The translations under genes were made by a program, and so were the position numbers. From assembly GCA_030704615.1 (NCBI GenBank), contig CM060733.1, forward strand, positions 38,378,001 through 38,442,000: a DNA stretch of 64,000 bases, read 5' to 3'. Within the stretch, counting starts at the first letter, position 1. Every line of letters starts with the position of its first letter. The stretch is from Takakia lepidozioides. Its lineage: Eukaryota; Plantae; Bryophyta. Of the stretch, positions 23,481 to 36,028 are shown in pieces. Below the pieces are notes generated by a model. The model was not told the DNA's origin, searched no databases, and saw only the letters and a list, made by a program, of their open reading frames with translations.

Positions 23481-25342
23481 ATGGGGTGGTTCACAAACTT
23501 GGCAGTGGTTATGGCGTGCGCGGCAGCAGGGTTGGTGCTGTACCCCGTGCAGGTCACGGAGAAGAAGGGGGAGCAGGCTGCCGTAGGGCTGTCAGGAATC
23601 ATCCGCTTGTTCCATTTGGTGAGTTTTGCGACTGCGCTTGGAACGTCCGTCTGGGCTTCTTTCATCGGCGGCATAATCATGTTCAAGTAAGCTCCATGTT
23701 TCCTCTTCCTCTCATCAGAGAAGCATGTTGTAAGAGCGGCTATTTCGAAGTGCCACTTTGTAAGTTCATTCCGAATGGGCTCACAATGGGTAACTCTTTA
23801 ATCGGATGTCATCAACTAATTTTAAAGATCTCAGCGTGGCGTTTGAAGCTGTCCACCCGCTCAAAGGAAGGACGCACTACCCAATATTATGAGGTTATAA
23901 GACATGCGGACATGGAGCCGTCGTTCTTCGTTATGAATTTGTTCCATTCTTTGTATGACGTTATGTCCAACTGAGGAACGAAAGGTAACGAGGTTGGAAA
24001 GAGGGCCCTTTGTGTGTGTGGAGTTGAGGCTTGATCCTCTGTTTTCGGAGAGAAATGATAGGTTCCATAGGAGCCAGAAATACGCAAGGCACGAAATACA
24101 CTCGGACAAGCAAATGGGATTCCAGTAGCTAGCAAGTTCATCTGTATCCAGGACACCTCAATCTTCTTCACCATGCTGCAACCTCTGCAGGACCAGAGGT
24201 TATCATGTGTGGACAAATTTCTGCCTTAATTTTGTAAACTGGTGGCAGATTGTAGATTCTGTGTGTGTTGAGGCTAATATGTGAAACTATCAATGGTAGA
24301 TTGTACACTTAACTTGTCCTGACAGACAAGCCATGCTCTGGGTGGATACGACTTGCATTTGGTAATTGTCAAATGTTGCTGTGCAGTTTATCACTGAAGT
24401 TACGTAAATCTCTCTGTAGACCTATTTATTACAATTGGCAAAGTTTTTGAAGCCATAAAGGATGAATACTGTGGGTGAAACTGTGATCCTTTCTGCAGAT
24501 CAAGAGTGTCTATGTATTCAAGCAGGTGTGGCAAGTGATGTCTTTCTATTTATCATATTTGCATGGAGTGACCATCGTAATGTTTGTTTGTGTGCATTGT
24601 ACTCGTGATAACAATTGTTGGGTGTGTCAGGAACTTGCCGAGGCACCAATTTGGAAATTTACAAGCAAAAATGTTTCCAGCCTACTTCAAGCTGCTGCTC
24701 GTGTGCTGTTCCATATGTGTGGGAGCACTGGCTATAACACATCCTTGGGCGACGGCCACAAAAAGAGAGAAACTACAGATTGTAGCTCTTGGAACTTCGC
24801 TTTTCACAGTGCTTATCAACTTATTGATCTTCCAACCTCTGACTGTCAAGGTTTGTCACGCTATCATCGGCTTTCTTGCTTGCAAGGTGTCCCTGAGTTC
24901 TGTTAGATAGAGTGCAGTAATATTGAATTGATGGATACTGTCAAGCTTTTGCCCCGAAACCGAAGTTAATGTTCAGTCACTTCTCAGTGTAGGGGAGTGT
25001 TGTCTCTCTTCATTTTCCCCTCTATTTGGTAACTGGACTAAACTATAATGTGTCTGTTATGCAGGTTCTTGAGTTCAAAATGTTCATTTGAAAAAGTGAT
25101 GATCAAATGGTTTGTGTTAAATGCAGGTCATGAAAGAGAGGCACAGGATTGAGAAAGGGGAGAATGTTGGGACAGAAGTTGGGTGGTCCAAGAATGTGGA
25201 GGCAGCGAAGCGGAACCCTGAGTTGGCAAAAATTAACAAGAAGTTTGGCATGGTGCATGGATTCTCTTCATTGGCCAACCTATTCTTTGTTGGTGGCTTA
25301 GCATTTCATTCTTGGTATCTTGCCTCCCGTATGCTGCTGTAG
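23481..25342 (+). CDS. TMEM205-like (DUF4149) membrane protein
   Basis: Exons 23481-23686 (HLVSFATALGTSVWASFIGGIIMF), 24631-24850 (NLPRHQFGNLQAKMFPAYF) and 25127-25342 (KINKKFGMVHGFSSLANL, then stop). Confidence 0.93.
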
Positions 25343-26373
25343 GCCATCACACGGCTGTGTCGTACCCATATCTGTGCCAATGCAACCTGACTTTACAGCA
25401 GCAACTGCAGATTCATTGATTTTGCAGATCCTTCATATTGGAGGTGGACAACATGACTCCCTCAGTGGTTCAATGTTAGACATAGGACTTTGAATTTTGC
25501 ACTTATTTAGGTCGAGGCTAGGTCTTCCAACTCGGCCTTTTGGCCTACAAAAAAACATACCTCATTCACATCCATAGCTGCCCTTTCCCTGCTAAAAATT
25601 TTGAGCCTTCTCTGGCTTGCAATAAATAAAGATTCAGTTTCCGGTCTTCACTGTCTCTCACGATGTTTCACTAGTTTCTACAGTTTGCAGTTGGCTCCGC
25701 CCTGTCCCCGCCCTTGTCAGGCTCTTTCCTTTTTAAAATTTTAATGTTTTTTATTGATGACAAATGGATTTCCATTGCACAGGCTCCTTCCTTTCCTCTG
25801 TTGCTGCCCTTCCTCCTACCCAGGCAGCCTGCCTTCTGCTGGCTTCTTGTTGTCCTGTGCACATATATGTATAGACCCCTTCACAAAACCTACCTACTTG
25901 CAAGCTGCAAGGTGCAGGTGGAAGTTTCACCGGCTTTGTACCGAATTCGACCCTGCTTAAAGCAAACACCCAGACTGTATTCATAGTTCAGCTCTATACA
26001 TAAAGACACAGAGAAATGTCCATAAATCTTTCTTAGATGATGAAGAATTGAATGCCACGTGATTATCATCATGCAAGCAAGGTTATAATAGCTTCGAGGC
26101 TGGAAGGGGGATTTCAGAAAAGAGACGCAACCCAGCATGATATCACACACTGTTTGGACGTCAGGCAGAAGCTTTAATTTTCACCTCCACACATTGCGAT
26201 GAGACCTCCAAAAACCTTATGATGAATGCCATACTTTGAAGTGCTCGGTGCTCAATTCAGGCTGTGGACTGGGGGAAGGGCTTATAGGTAAGGCCATTGG
26301 ATTTGGCAAGGACCATACAAGAGTTCCATGATGCCACCGTTTCTGCAATTTGCATGGCTCATCAGGTGGCAAG

Positions 26374-27489
26374 TATGGAATGCCAAAAGGGCCATGCTTT
26401 CTCTTTCAGTTATGCACCCATGAGCCACTGGATAGATGCCCAGGTCCACTGGAAATATGCCGGTTGCCACTGGAAAGATGCCGGCTGCCACTGGTTACCC
26501 GCGGGAGGACTGCGGTCTTGCGTGACCATACTTTATACAAAGTATTTATATGAATACCGAGTAAATTTATATGGGAATTCCATACGTTCCAAATTTTCTG
26601 TAGAATGCCCAGTTCATCGTGCGGGCAGGGTTCGCTCGAGGGAGGGGAAAACAGGGTGTTTTTGGGGTTCTTCCCAAGGTAGCCGTTTTGTTGTTGTGCA
26701 TTATGGTTTTGCGATTCAAGAGGATGTTTATTTTAGTGAGAATTGGAAAATTTTAAGCTAGCATACACATACCGTATCAAGTTGAATGTTTGTACAAACA
26801 ATATCCATGTCTTTCATTGGATGTAGAGTTGCTCCTTCTCTGTTGTTTGTGTATTCAAGAATAGAATTATAGACCTGATGAAAAGCAACCAATTAATCAG
26901 GACATGAATAAATCTCCAATTTGTAATATACGTGACATAAATCTGTATTAGTTTTATTGCAGGATAAAGCAAGTAAAGGTTGTCATAGATACGAATTGTT
27001 TCAGCAATTTGTGAGCCAGGAGTTTCGTAGGTCGTCTGCATCTTGCGTATCCTTCTCTGCAATTCCAGAAGTGTGGACATACACCACTTTTACTTTGTAA
27101 CATGCATTTTTGGTGAGTGATACCTCCCTCCACTGATCACAAAACGCTTGATATTCTAGGCCTCCTCCTGAATCAAAACCTCCTCCTGAATCGCAAAATC
27201 AAAATGCACAACAACAAAACGGCTACATTGGGAGGAACCCCAAAAACACCCTGATTTCCCCTCCCTCGAGCGAACCCTGCCCGCGTGATGAACCGGGCAT
27301 ACTACAGAAAAATTTAGAACGTGTGGAATTCCCATATAAATTTACTCGGTATTTGTATAAATACTCGGTATAAAGTACGGTCGCGCAAGACCGGTCCTCC
27401 CACGGGTAACCAGCATCTTTCCAGTGGACATGGGCATCTTCCCAGTGGTCATGGGTTGCTAGAAAGTATGGCCCTTTCGGCATTCCATA
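26374..27489. repeat. Long inverted repeat (~310-350-bp arms, ~450-bp spacer), probable transposon derivative
   Basis: 26374-26726 is the diverged reverse complement of 27182-27489. Shared segments include ataccgagtaaatttatatgggaattcca and gggcagggttcgctcgagggagggg. The arms contain 21-bp subrepeats (ccactggaaagatgc). No TSD found. Confidence 0.88.
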
Positions 27490-28649
27490 GGCAAGCACTG
27501 CATGCGCCACTTGGTCGTCCACTGCATGCGCCAACTTGTCTGATTTCCTTGCTTTCTTCCTTCCTGCGCTGCTCAGACCTGGCTATGGATCTTCCGGCAT
27601 GCCCTGCACAGATCATGGATGCCACTCACAGTTTGATCGGCTACTTTAAGTATTGCATTGTTGCAGAACACCATAGAGTTCGCTTCAGATCACTCTCAGT
27701 CTGCTAGAATTTGTTGCAGCAATATTCTTTCCCTTTTCCTACCGAATTTGTGCTGCAGTTGTAGACATTAGAGTTTCAAGTTGTGGCGATGGCGTTGAGG
27801 GTGGCAAAGCTGCTGGGCGAGCGCGCGACTGCTTTCGATGGATTAGCACATCGCGTCCGATTTTTCGGCAAGTGGCTGACGTTTCGCAGTCTGTCAAGGA
27901 GCCGGGAGGCTCAGGCTCCGTGAGCGGCACCAAGGACATGAACGTCGGGGCCAGGGAATCCGTGACAGAGGGCGCGGAGAGTCCGAAGGATGTGGCAGAA
28001 ACTTTGAAACAACACGATGATGCTTCCGAGACTGACTCTACTGGTGATTTGAACAGGAAGCCCGTTGGGAATGCGGACAAGCAGCAGGTGCGAGAAGACA
28101 TTACTGGAAGCAATCCTTAAAATCTCGCAGCTTGAACCACGCAGATTGAGTGCAATCTCGTGCCATATGTCCGGAAGTCATTGGTCAAGTACACTAGAAT
28201 ATCCGCGCATTCAGGAGTAGTTCAGGAGTAACCATCGGATTCGTTTCCTTGTTCAAGTATCCCAATCGGAGTGTTCAGATCAGGGCATGATCACCCGCAT
28301 AAATGTCTCACTAGCCACTTACAATTATGCCAAGATCAACGTGGAGACAGATTTCTGCATCAACTTCATCAGGCTGCTCTGAAAACACTTTTTTCATGGA
28401 TTTCCTGAAGTGTTGTGCTGGTCGTGGCAATTAGCATGATGACCTCCACACACATCTAGTGCACACTAATATAAATTTTAGCATTCCATCTACATATTCC
28501 TCATTTGAGCAAACAGCTGCCACGCTGATGCTGTCTGATGTAGTCAATTTGATACAATTTATCATGTAACAGGAAAGTTCATTTCTCAGCGAAGCTTTCC
28601 ACCAGCAAAAACTCATGTCTCTCTCGCAATCTGGACTCCCCCACACCAT

Positions 28650-28860
28650 CAGCCCCAGTTAGGAGAGCGTTTGTGTTGTGGGAGCAATTGTGCCAAAAAA
28701 AAAAACATGGAGGCCTCGACATCATTGATCCAGGAAAATAGATCCAATCACTCCTGGCTAAATGGATACCAAGGGCTATTAAGCAGAGGCACAGCCCATG
28801 GAGTAAGCCTGTCCAACCGTACCTAATGGGCTCCATCCTAGCACTTAAGAGATTACACAT
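28650..28860 (+). mobile_element. L1 LINE ORF2 relic (post-RT region)
   Basis: Translates as AFVLWEQLCQKKKHGGLDIIDPGK*IQSLLAKWIPRAI, matching the plant L1 motif VxWxxxCxPKxxGGLG...LLAKW. Confidence 0.7.
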
Positions 28861-30543
28861 GGGTACGTGTGGACTTTAGTAGAGTTGGAGCATGTTCCTA
28901 ATAATTTTATATAGTTAACTATGCCCGCTCTTCTTAGTACTGATGAGTAATACTACATGGTCTACAGGAGGTACGCATAGATGCAAAGCTAGGGTTCTTT
29001 GTGTTGATGCTATAAGACCCAACAATCTTCCACTTTGGAATTATCTAGGGTTTTCCTCAAGCATTATGCTTTCTCATCGTCTCTTTTGACTTCATTTCTG
29101 TGGAGGTCTTTCTTACGCGCAGGGTCGTAGTCTCCTGGCTCCTGTTCTATTGCTCTCTCCTACATGGTCTCCGTGTGAGCTCAGGCCTCATGGCAGCCTT
29201 CGGGCATGACCAGCAAACGCTCACTAAACTGCTGCTCCATCACTATGTGAGGCGTATGGTGAGGAAAATCTATGAAAACACCATTCTCTTTCAATCGTTT
29301 CTATAAGATGATTCAAGTAAATAAGGTCAGATTCTTTCATGCTGTCAGGACACTTTGTTCAGGGATGAACTTCCTCTTGCTTCCCTTCATGGAGATGATA
29401 AAAAATATTGCGGTAGCAAATATGCTGTAAGACGGAGGGACTAAAGTTCCTGTGGTTAAAGGTTGGAAGACTCGTTTATGCATATCCATGATTCAATTCT
29501 GCATAACATGGTGGATTGACTGGGCTTTGAGGCAGAGAATTGGTCGCAGGGGCTAAAGGAAGCCCTTTCCCCGCCCTTTCCAGTACTACAGCTGCCTCTC
29601 AGAGTCAAGCGTCAAGGAAAGTATCAACTGTTCCTTTGAGGATTGCACGGTCCTGTAAGGTAGCATACCCTCCGAACCCTTTCCTAATTCAGCCCCTCCC
29701 CCAAAAAAAAAATCCCTAAATAGTCCTTGGCGTCCTTGGCAAACGCGTTGGACACATGGACGGAATTATGCAAAAAAAAAACGGACGGGATTTTGTTCTT
29801 CATGTGGATGGACGACATTATTAATGAACATGACGGTGCGTTTTAATGCAATTTATTAAGTATCTTTATATTCTAATGAGGTGCATTTTTGGACGAGATT
29901 ATTCTCGAGTTCAGTTCTGCCGACTACTGTAGATAGATCTCTGTGTTTGTAAACACGACATTGCATGAATCACGGGATGTTTTTGTAAAACTACCCGGGA
30001 TGTTTTTTCTCAACGGTGTCACAAGATTACAAAGTTTACGTGATGGATCATATTCTTCTCTGTTACGATATTGCAGAGTAGAGGTTGCGAGTTATGCACT
30101 TCAGTGCACATGGCTGTACATTAGAGGTCACAATCCAACAATATGTTCGATTTGGTCTTAGATTTGGTCTTAACTTTCCAGGGGATCTAGTCCAACGTCT
30201 ACTCTCTCTCGTTGTAGAAATGAATTCAATTGTTTTCACTCATTACAGATCTACCTCTCAAGTCAGTAGGCACTCTATCCGTTCCTTGCACTACATGGAC
30301 ATAGATGATGACATCACCGGAAGTTACACACCTCTATATGCACCCCAAGTTCTCTCATTCCAACTTGACTCAATCGCCTGAACACAGTAGCAATGACGTA
30401 TATGGAAGGCAATTTGCATAAACATAGAGTCAGTTTGACATGCCATTTCTAGATGCAACCTGCAACCAACATTCAGCCATATCATTTAGAGATTTGACCA
30501 ATCAATCTCCCCCCTGCCTTCGAACTCAAATCCATGTCACGAC

Positions 30544-30965
30544 TTGCTACCTCGAAACAGATCAAAGGAGAAAAGAGGGTCAAGCGAGGATTTGGAACAT
30601 GCCATGAATGTTGTAGAGGAAGGTATGGAGCGTAATAAGGCTACTCGTTTGTGGGGCATCCCTCCTTCGATCCTTCGAGATCACCTCATAGGAAAAACCA
30701 AAAGTCGCAAAGTGGGAGCTGCATCAGTTCTATCAAAAGATGAAGAAGACCAAATTGTGAAGTGGGTGTTGGAGATGCAAGAATTGGGGCATAGACTCAC
30801 CATTCATCAATTGAAGCTCAAGGTTGCAGAGATAGGTCAAGAGCGCGTCACCCCATTCATCAATGGCATACCTGGAGCAAGTTGGTGGAGATGGTTCAAA
30901 CAACGACATCCACAAATTTCCCTGCGAGTTGCATAAGGGATGGAAGTTAGTCGAGCCAAAGCCCG
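30544..30965 (+). mobile_element. pogo/Tc5 (Fot1/Tigger-like) transposase N-terminal fragment, truncated
   Basis: psq-type HTH (ATRLWGIPPSILRDHL) plus CENP-B-type HTH (LSKDEEDQIVKWV...GIPGASWWRWFKQRHPQISLR). In-frame stop, then MEVSRAKA. No DDE domain follows. Confidence 0.85.
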
Positions 30966-31511
30966 TTCATTGGTGAGTTAAAAGATAAGATATCAGGATG
31001 ATAGACTCAAAGATACACTCTGAGTATGTTCACATGCAAAAGGGACAGACAGATGCTGATGCAGCTTCAGCCTGCTCATTGCGGTAACGCGGGTCCTGTC
31101 ATGGAGCTCGCTGCGAACACCAAGGAACGACCTGCAGCATGCACGATACACGATAATGAGGACGGCGATGGACATTCCGGATAAAGTGAATGATGCATTT
31201 AGGATTATCAGTGACTGGTTTGAAGTTGGGAAAGAGGGGGAATCCTAAGCTACTGGTGACAGAGCTCTAAGAAAATTAGAGCAGCATTAGATTTGGCCCA
31301 ATAGAATATTAGATTAAGATTGAGTCGTCTTTAAAATATTTGCCTGATGTGTTTTTACAAAATAAAAACTATAAACTGTAAAGTCAACATACAATAAAAC
31401 AGTGTATTAAATGTTATTCTAACCTGACAATAACCATAGTCGGAACCCGAAATAACCATAATGAGCGTTTGCAAGGACAGATGTGGGCCCAGACTAGATG
31501 TATCATAGATG

Positions 31512-31691
31512 TATCTAGGGGCGAAAGGGGTCAGTGGAAAAAATTTGTTCAGTAAATTATAACAATGTCATACCCACACCCAAATTGAAGCAAAAAATTG
31601 ATTATCTAGGGGCGAAAGGGGTCAGTGGAAAAAATTTGTTCAGTAAATTATAACAAATTCATACCCACACCCAAATTGAAGCAAAAAATTG
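31512..31691. repeat. Two-copy tandem duplication of a ~91-bp unit
   Basis: tatctaggggcgaaaggggtcagtggaaaaaatttgttcagtaaattataacaa...cccaaattgaagcaaaaaattg occurs at 31512 and 31603, nearly identical. Confidence 0.9.
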
Positions 31692-33156
31692 TTCTATAAG
31701 GGAGCCCCATCACATTATAACATATTTCGGACACAAGATAATATAAAGTATTTTGTGCAATAAAACTCCCCGAGCTTAAAAGGACAGTGATAGGGTAGGC
31801 TACCTTATCGCAAGTTTACTAGGCAACCAAAGATCGGCCCTCCCTATCCATATATATCTTTTGCGCCTCTTCCATTGCTCTTGACATTTCTGCACATCCA
31901 TTAAAAAAAAAAGACAAGACAATAAGTCTAATGAAGATAGGAAAACTTTCTTTATGCATCATTGTCAAACGTCAGATGAAAGAACTTATAACTTGTTTGC
32001 AATGATGATTAGGAAGTATGGTACCTCAATAGTAGAATCTCAAATGACTTTGTCGTAGGAAATGGGCAAGTGAGTGAGATTTTATTCTTCAGCGTTGTGA
32101 GCGAACACGCATGGCGTTGTCTGCAGTCGTATAACAGCCCCCTAGATGTTCAAATTCGGTCAATTGGAATCGCTCGCCTTCAACTACTGCTCCCTACAGG
32201 TACCCTAGTCATATAAATGCCTGAGCGCTTTGGCATCATGGACGTCGCAGACCCTTCCATTTGTGGGTTATACCAGTAGCTCTGTCGATGTTTTGCCTTT
32301 TCTGTAACAAATGGTCCCGAATCTGCACTGATATTTGAATGTATGGGCTGTTTAGGACAATCACCTGGAAAGAATGGAGGAAAAAAAGGAGCCTATGACC
32401 TTGTTACACATGTTGGAAAGGTTGCTGCTCTTGCTAAAGTGAAGACTCCCACTGATAAGGGAGTGAAGCCATCGAATATGAGCCTATTTGTTCGTTTGTA
32501 GTCAATGCATGACATGAGTTGGCTCTTGATGGCTTCCAAGCATATGTGTGTTGGTTTTTTTCTTGTCACTTTTGTTTCCGGAAAACTTATTTGTATCCTA
32601 AGCTTTAGCAATGTTATATGAAGAAAAGACTTGTTGAAGATCATTACTCCTCAGCTACTGTATACATAATGGGATCTGTTTTTTTTTTTAACCCTATTTT
32701 TTTTAATTTTACTTTTGCATGTGTGGTAAATACTTGCCCCCATATGTTTATTGTTAATTAGTTCCAACTGGGTCCACTCGGGGTCTCTGATTCTATTTTC
32801 AGTGTCAAAACTTCCAAAAATAGAAGCTTAAAAGGTGCTTTTACATTCACGGCTATTAATATGGAGCATTTAGGGGAGTAGAACGATGATGTGGAATTGG
32901 AGATGATGTGACAGGGTTAAAAATTGTAGTCACAAATCGTCTCTGATTTCCTGTTTGTGTACGATATGGAGACAATAGCATGGCCGTGGAAGTTCATAAA
33001 CTCTATTTTGTGGGACTTTCGTATGCTCCCTTTGAAAACGATTCCTCCGCTATCAGCCGATTGGCACAATAATGATGCGCCCTTTCAAACCCGCAATGTT
33101 CGAACAACTCGGCACCATGTAGCTCTGATTCTACGTTACGACACGAGCAAAAGGCA

Positions 33157-33849
33157 GTGATCTTGATTGGTACATCCCGCCCTCGCCATCCTCAGCGCTA
33201 CTTGCCTTGGCATGGAACACCATCCTACCCCAACCAACCTCCCCATGTCTTGGCCCCTACTCCACTTGCAGCATTCGTCGAATTCCCTGGTTATCTGAAT
33301 TTCACCACTGCGATCCGGGTTTGGGTTCTACACGATGGGGAAGCACAAACGTTTGTCAGTGATCCAGGTTTCGGTCACGTTCGAGACTTCATTGACCATG
33401 GTGAAGGAATGCATGTTACACTGAATGGTGATGAGATCAACAGTTTGAGAGATTTCCACCATGCCTATTGGGGTGGAACACGCTATGGTCCCGATAACGC
33501 AAATGATGATGGTGACGACGGCGACAACAACGAGCGTGATAGGGATGTTACAAAACGTCTCAGTCTTGATGCTCCAGATCCCCGCACCCTCGCGCCCCTC
33601 ATACCACCGGAATCTTTTTCCCTGGTTGATAATCCCATACACGCTTCAACTGGGTTACGATTATCTACACGCATGGGTCAAGTCCTTCGCAAAGAGGATA
33701 TTCGAGCCAAACGAATCGGATTGTTTGACGAGACGTTTGATTTGGCTGATGCGGACTTGCTTCCTCATTCGGTTGAATGCGTTCTCTTGCCCTTGACGCG
33801 TGACATTTTGATCAAGTTTATTGAAGCCGCATTTGAGGTTGATGACTAG
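33157..33849 (+). CDS. Uncharacterised 230-codon open frame (orphan or TE-borne gene)
   Basis: Long uninterrupted frame with protein-like composition and an acidic linker. No recognised domain. The first in-frame ATG is internal; a possible splice acceptor lies near 33272. Confidence 0.35.
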   Translation: MILIGTSRPRHPQRYLPWHGTPSYPNQPPHVLAPTPLAAFVEFPGYLNFTTAIRVWVLHDGEAQTFVSDPGFGHVRDFIDHGEGMHVTLNGDEINSLRDFHHAYWGGTRYGPDNANDDGDDGDNNERDRDVTKRLSLDAPDPRTLAPLIPPESFSLVDNPIHASTGLRLSTRMGQVLRKEDIRAKRIGLFDETFDLADADLLPHSVECVLLPLTRDILIKFIEAAFEVDD

Positions 33850-34593
33850 GTTATAAATAAGTCTGACCCTCACTTGAGGTATATGATAAGACATTTTCTA
33901 CATTTATTGGTTTTTTTTTTTTTTTTTTTTTCCTTTTTGTCATTGCGAAAGTAAGGCCGATGATGCGGCATGGTACACTTCAATTACCTCAGCCATAGGT
34001 GTCTATCATAACTCACATCATTAGTAACACCATTTTTCATGATAACATGAGCAATTGCACAATTCAACTTTTCATTCTTGATATCGCTTCTTGCAAGGAT
34101 TCCGGCAGGCACCACGAAGAATGACAATCCAAGCTCCAAGTAGCTGTAGATGTTTCAGATGTTAGCTTGCCAGTAGTTTCATCAGGCTTCTTAAGAAAGG
34201 TAGTTTGAAAGGTTTTAGATTGACTGGATTCTTGAGCCAATATCTTTATGTAGTGAAGAGGACCTTTTGCTTCACTTCCATTACAATTTTCCAACCAATC
34301 TTGCTGGAATCATCAGCATGTACATATTCAATTAACTAAACCTCTCCATGATCATGTCTGTGAGTTGCTTTACCGGGAGTGCGTCTTCTTTGTTAATAGA
34401 GAGGTGGTGAAGAGATAGAATGTACTCATGCCGTTCCCTGCAAATGTTGGCTTGCCATAGCCTTACAGCCATTGACCCCGTGTGAAGAGAGAAAGAATAC
34501 TGATGGGCCCATCCATAGGACAATATATATATCCAAGCATGGTTTTTTTATACCAAACTGTTCATGAAATTCAGCCTATAATTGGGAGGACAG

Positions 34594-36028
34594 GAAGAGC
34601 ATAGGATCATTAAGGAACAATGGACAGATGGAGAGAAAGCATTGACATGGGAGGAAGTCAAACATATGCCTTACACGCAGAAGGTTGGTCAATGCAAGTT
34701 CCTAGGATTTGCATGAATCATGTGTGATTTGTATGAGTTTTGCATGGATAATCACTGGATTTGCTTTCTTCCAGGTACTTGTAAGCCTAAGCTTGCACGC
34801 CATAGCCCAGTCATTGGAAGTTGACAGTTTAGGTTGAAAAGTCAGTGTCCTAGAAGAGAATCATAAGCCCCTCATGAGGGACTAGGCAAGTCTTTTAAAT
34901 CTCTCTACTAATTTGAAAGGGACTCCAGGTAATCTCCGAGTCAATGAGATTGGGAAGTCCTTTAAGGTGGATCCTCCGCACAGCTGTCAAGGATGCTAAG
35001 ATCAATGGTACACATCGACGTTTGTCCACAACAAAGAGTAATGTTTCCAAAATTAACGGTCCTGCATTAATGGGAGTAGTGCCTGGCCAGATGAGAGATT
35101 CTGAGTCTCTAGAGGAAACAATGGGCGAAGAAATTTTCATGGAGGCTCTAATAGCCTCCATGAAAAATCTCATATCTCATAGCACTTAAGGGACCAATGC
35201 ACTTTGTGCTTTTATCATGGTTGGACTGTTTATTTAGGCTGTAAAGACATGGTTATAATATATCAACATTGATACATAGGATAAGAACATTCCTGTGATT
35301 GCATGCATGCAGGTTATAAGATAATGAAGGGGTGGAGAGTGATGCTGGACTTCTACGGCTTGCATCATGACCCTGCTCTTTTCAAGGATCCCTTTACATT
35401 TGACCCCTCTCGGTTTGATGTGAGTATACAGACAAGTCCAGAATATATTGCGCCCCCTAATTGATTCCTGCTATATTGTGCATATTGCCATCTCTCTAAT
35501 TGTCCATGTAGTTTCCCTCTGTTATGTTCATACCATCAGAATGATGTCAAATTGATGTTCTTGGCCTCTACTCTCAACTCAATGGAAGCTCATGTGGTAC
35601 TGGAAAGGATTACTTCTATAGGAAAACAGTACAGATTCAGAGCTGATGGCACTAAGTTTTAAGAATACAGGGACATATGCAACCTTTTGCAATCATGGGA
35701 TTTGGAGCGGGTCCCCATATGTGCCTCGGAATGAGCCTGGCAAGATTGGAGATGGCGGTATTCCTTCTCATTTTCACTACTGGAAATGGAAGTACTCACA
35801 ATCAGATTTTCTTGATGTTATCCATGGACTGAAAGAAAACAGAGTCCCAAAATTGTTCAGAGACATAAGATTTTTTAGTTGATAATCCTAACTTAAGGGA
35901 TTGGTGGCTTGTGATGCTGCAGGTGGGAAGCTGTTGAGAAAGACAATACAGTTGCACCATCCATGTTTCGGAAGCTCAAAAATAAGTATCCCATGCTAAC
36001 ACAGCCCATTAAAATTTTTTTACTTTGA
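34594..36028 (+). pseudogene. Cytochrome P450 (CYP85 clan) 3'-half pseudogene
   Basis: Exons 34594-34683 (EEHRII...LTWEEVKHMPYTQK), 35313-35419 (GYKIMKGW...HHDP...FDPSRFD), 35671-35791 (heme motif FGAGPHMCLG) and 35923-36028. The ExxR exon appears disrupted by an insertion at about 34781-35180. There is a phase mismatch after the heme exon, and no 5' exons were found. Confidence 0.82.

Noticed and set aside
21484-23481. LSm3-TMEM205 dicistronic transcript
   Set aside because: TMEM205 has its own plausible 5'UTR and short intron at about 23240-23370. No sequence evidence for read-through.
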